Of a stretch of 64,000 nt of DNA, positions 60,315 through 64,000 are shown piece by piece. Where the stretch lies: NCBI RefSeq assembly GCF_009914755.1, contig NC_060941.1, one strand, 5' to 3'. The stretch is from the human T2T-CHM13v2.0 reference genome, Homo sapiens. Every line of letters starts with the position of its first letter. The first letter of the stretch is position 1. The position numbers and the translations under genes were made by a program. The notes under the pieces were generated by a model. The model searched no databases, was not told the DNA's origin, and saw only the letters and a program-made list of their open reading frames with translations.

Positions 60315-63300
60315 TCGGGTTGATTCCATTGCATTCCATTCCATTCCATTCCATTCCATTCCATTCCATTCCACTAGGGTGGATTCCATTGCACTCCATT
60401 CCAATCCATTCCATTGCTTTTCTTCCATTCCACTGGGGTTGATTCCATTCCATTTCATTCCTTTCTATTTCATTCCATTCCATTACTCTGGGGTTGATTC
60501 AATTCCGTTCTATTCCATGCCATTCCATTCCATTCCATTGCATTCCATTCCATTCCATTCCATTAGGGTTAATTCAAATCCATTCTATTCCATTCCTTTC
60601 CATTCCATTCCATTCCACTCGTGTTGATTCAATTCCATTCTATTCCATTCCATTCCATTCCATTCCATTCCATTGCATTCCATTCCATTCCAGTTGATTG
60701 AATTCCATTCTATTACATGTCATTCCATTCTATTCCATTACTTTCCATTCCATTCCAATCCATTCTATTCCAGATTATTCAATTCCATACTATTCCATTC
60801 CTGTACATTCCATTCCAGTCCATTCCATTCCATTTCATTCCATTGCATTCGAGTTTCTTCCATTAAATTCCATTCCATTCCATTGAATTCCATTCTGTTC
60901 CATTCCATTCCACTCGCTTTGTTTCCATTCCATTCCATTCCATTCCAGTTGATTCAATTCCATTCTGTTCCATTCGGATCCATTCCATTCCATACAATTC
61001 CATTACATTCCATTCAAATTGATTCCATTACATTCCCTTCCAATCCATTGCATTCCATTCCATTCCATTACATTCCACTCCACTCGGATTGATTCAATTC
61101 CATTCTATTCCATTCCATTCCATTCCATTTAATTCCTTTCGATTCCATTGCATTCCATTCCACTTGGGTTGAATTCATTCCACTCCATTCCATTCCATTC
61201 CATTCCATTACATTCCGTTCCGTTCCTTTGATTGGCGTTGCATTCCACTGCATTCCATTCCATTCCATTCCATTCCATTCTACTCGGGTTGACTTAATTC
61301 CATTCTATTGCTTTCCATTCCATTCCAATCCGTTCCATTCCATTGCAGTTGATTGAATTCTATTGTAATTCATTCCTTTCCATTCCATTCCATTCCATCC
61401 CAGTTGATTTAATTCCATTCTATTCCATTCCATTGCATTCCATTCCATTCCAGTTGATTCAATTCCATTCTATTCCATTCCATTCCATTTCGTTCCATTT
61501 CATTGCATTCCATTCCACTCGATTTGATTCAGTTCTATTCCATTCCATTAAATTCCATTCCACTAGGGTTGATTCATTTCCATTCTATTCCATTCCATCG
61601 CAATCCATTCCATTCCATTAAATTCCATTCCACTAGGGTTGATTCATTTCCATTCTATTCCATTCCATCGCACTCCATTCCATTCCATTCTATTCCATTC
61701 CATTCCGTTCCATTCCATTCCATTCCACTGCATTCCAGTTGATTCCATTCCATTCCATTCCATTCTTTCTATTCCATTCAATTCTATTCGAGTCCAGTTG
61801 ATTCAATTTCATTCTATTCCTCTCCATTCTATACCATTTCATTCCATTCCACTAGGCTTGATTCAATTCTGTTCCATTCCATTCTATTCCATTCCATTCC
61901 ATTCCATTCCATTCCATTCCATTCCATTCCACTAGGTTTGATTCAATTCCATTCCCTTCCGTTCCAATCCATTCCATTCCATTCTATTCCTTTAAATTCC
62001 TTTGCTTTCTACTCGGGTTAATTCTATTCCATTCTTTTCCATTGCATTCCATACCATTCCATTCCATTCCACTCCACTCGGGTTCATCCAATTCCATTCC
62101 ATTCCATTCCATTCCATTCCATTCCATTCCATTCCAATCCATTCCACTCCAGTCGGGTTGACTCAATTCCATTCTATTCATTACCATTCCATTCCATTCC
62201 ATTCCTTTCCATTGCATTCCATTCCATTCCATTCCATTCCATTCCATTCCTTTCCATTCCATTACATTGCATTCCATTCCACTCGGGTTGATTCCATTCC
62301 ATTCCATTCCATTCCATTCCAATCCATTCCCTTCCATTGCATTTCATTTGATTCCATTCCATTCCATTCCATTCCATTCCATTCCATTCCATTCCAATCC
62401 ATTGCCCTCCATTCCATTGCATTCCACTCTCCTTGATTCAATTGTATTCCATTCCATTCCATTCCATTCCACTACATTCCATTCCATTACACTCGGTTTG
62501 ATTCCATTCCATTCCATTCCATTCCATTCCATTCCATTCCATTCCATTCCTTTCCAGTTGATTCAATTCCATTCTATTCCATTCTTTTTCATTCCATTCC
62601 TTTCCATTCCATTCCAATCCAGTTCATTCCATTCCATTCCATTCCAATCCATTCCAGTTTATTCCATTCCATTCCATTCCCTTCGATTCGATTCCATTCC
62701 ATTCCATTGCATACCATTCCATTCCACTCAGATTGATCGAATTCCAATCTATTTCATTCCATTCCATTCCATTCCACTCGGGTTGATTCCATTCCATTCC
62801 ATTCCTTACAATTCAAATCCATTCCGTTCCATTTGATTCAATTCCATTCTATTCCATTTCACTCGATTCCATTCCATTCCATTCCAATCCATTCCATTCC
62901 TTTCCACTCTGTTTGATTCCATTCCATTCCTTGCCATTCGCTTCCATTCCATCCCATTCCACTCTGGATGATTCCATTCTATTCCATTCCATTCCATTCA
63001 GTTCCACTCCATTCGATTCCACTCGTGTTGATTCCATTCCATTCCATTCCATTACATTCCATCCATTCCAGTTGATTCAATTCAATTCTATTCCATTCCA
63101 TTCCATTTCTTTCCATTTCATTCCATTCCATTCCACTCGGGTTGATTCAGTTCTATTCCATTCCATTAAATTCTATTCCGTTCCATCGCACTCCATTCCA
63201 TTACCTTCTATTCCATTCCAATCCATTCCATTCCATTCCATTGCATTACAGTTGATTCCATTCCATTCCATTCCATTCTATTCCATTCAATTCCATTCGA

Positions 63301-64000
63301 GTCCAGTTGATTCAATTCCATTCTATTCCACTACATTGTATTCCATTTCATTCCATTAAATTCCATTCCACTAGGCTTGATTCAATACTATTCCATTCCA
63401 TTCCATTCCATTCTACTAGGTTTGATTCAATTCCATTCCCTTCCGTTCCAATCCATTCTATTCCATTCCATTCCTGTAATTTCCTTTGCATTCCACTCGG
63501 GTTGATTCTATTCCACTCTATTCCATTCCATTCCACACCATTCCATTCTATTCCATTCCATTCCACTCCACTCGGGTTCATCCAATTCCATTCTAATCCA
63601 TTCCATTCCATTCCAATCCATTCCACTCCAGTCGGGTTGACTGAATTCCATTCTATTCATTTCCATTCCATTCCATTCCATTCCATTCCATTCCATTCCA
63701 TTCCATTCCTTTCCGTTGCATTCCGTTCCATTCCAATCCTTTCCATTGCATTCCATTCCACTCGGGTTGACTCCATTCCATTCCATTCCATGCCATTCCA
63801 ATCCATTCCATTCCACTCGGTTTGATTCTATTCCATTCAATTCCATTCCATTCCACACTATTGCATTCCATTCCATTCCATTCCACTCTACTCAGGTTCA
63901 TTCAATTCCATTCTATTCCATTGCATTCCATTCCATTCCAAATCATTCCACTCCATTCGGTTTCACTCAATTCCATTCTATTCATTTCCATTCCATTCCT
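60315..64000 (+). repeat. Macro-repeat copy 4 (partial, cut by the window end)
   Basis: Matches the first ~3.7 kb of copies 1-3 (GGATCC 60976, CCTTACAATTC ~62804, CCAAATCATTCC ~63938). Confidence 0.92.

Larger units (their letters stand above)
1..64000 (+). repeat. Classical Satellite III (HSat3)-type pentamer array, C-rich (CATTC)n strand on +, no inversion
   Basis: Seen: CATTC tandem with point variants from first to last base, punctuated throughout by ACTCGGGTTG (e.g. 1010, 1065, 1120, 3320). Established: (GGAAT)n interspersed with CAACCCGAGT defines Satellite III, whereas HSat2 is dominated by CATTCGATTC-type words, which are sparse here. Confidence 0.97.
32971..64000 (+). repeat. Tandem array of a ~9.6 kb macro-repeat (3 complete copies plus a partial fourth; first copy 8.1 kb)
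   Basis: Unit start TCGGGTTGATTCCATTGC at 32971, 41108, 50699, 60315 (spacings 8137, 9591, 9616). Identical or near-identical ORF-track translations recur at 33324/41466/51057/60673 and at 35544/43671/53292/62913. Confidence 0.95.

Noticed and set aside
1-64000. Hundreds of ORFs encoding (HSIPF)n on + and (MEWNG)n on -
   Set aside because: A 5-bp repeat read in triplets cycles through CAT TCC ATT CCA TTC or ATG GAA TGG AAT GGA with no stop codon, so overlapping ORFs in all six frames are expected. There are no domains, no non-repeat sequence and no conserved frame between copies.
1-64000. Assignment to a named array (DYZ1 ~3.6 kb, D15Z1 ~1.8 kb, HSat2, or a specific HSat3 subfamily or chromosome)
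   Set aside because: The observed periods (2.2 and 9.6 kb) do not match DYZ1 or D15Z1, and CATTCGATTC is too sparse for HSat2. Subfamily assignment needs a k-mer search I cannot run.
1-64000. Canonical heat-shock elements, hairpins or strand inversions
   Set aside because: The nTTCn units are direct repeats, not the alternating inverted nGAAn arrays of a canonical HSE. Only short palindromes (GAATTC, ACTAGT, GGATCC, TTCGAA) were seen, and no GGAAT-oriented tract occurs on +.

Overview
The whole 64 kb window is one uninterrupted, single-orientation block of (CATTC)n/(GAATG)n pentamer satellite with the interspersed decamer ACTCGGGTTG (reverse complement CAACCCGAGT). This is the signature of human/hominoid classical Satellite III (HSat3) pericentromeric heterochromatin. 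I see no credible genes, RNA genes, transposons or CRISPR arrays. All listed ORFs are HSIPF/MEWNG translation artefacts of a pentamer that has no stop codon on either strand. The real content is hidden repeat architecture, read from recurring variant words. (1) 1-~27.9 kb: about 12.5 copies of a ~2.2 kb higher-order repeat (HOR), further grouped into a ~6.6 kb three-unit and a ~4.8 kb two-unit super-period. (2) ~27.9-33.0 kb: a single-copy mosaic transition zone holding a diverged relative of the right-hand unit and an orphan 1.25 kb piece of the 2.2 kb HOR. (3) ~33.0-64 kb: a near-identical ~9.6 kb macro-repeat (first copy 8.1 kb, lacking a ~1.47 kb block), built from diverged ~5.3 kb sub-repeats that share ~1.4 kb with the 2.2 kb unit. 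The pentamer register is unbroken for the first 31.1 kb and then slips at fixed 1-bp deletions. Coordinates were read by eye and are approximate (about +/-10-30 bp at junctions). I cannot assign chromosome or subfamily, or say whether these HORs are already described, without a search.
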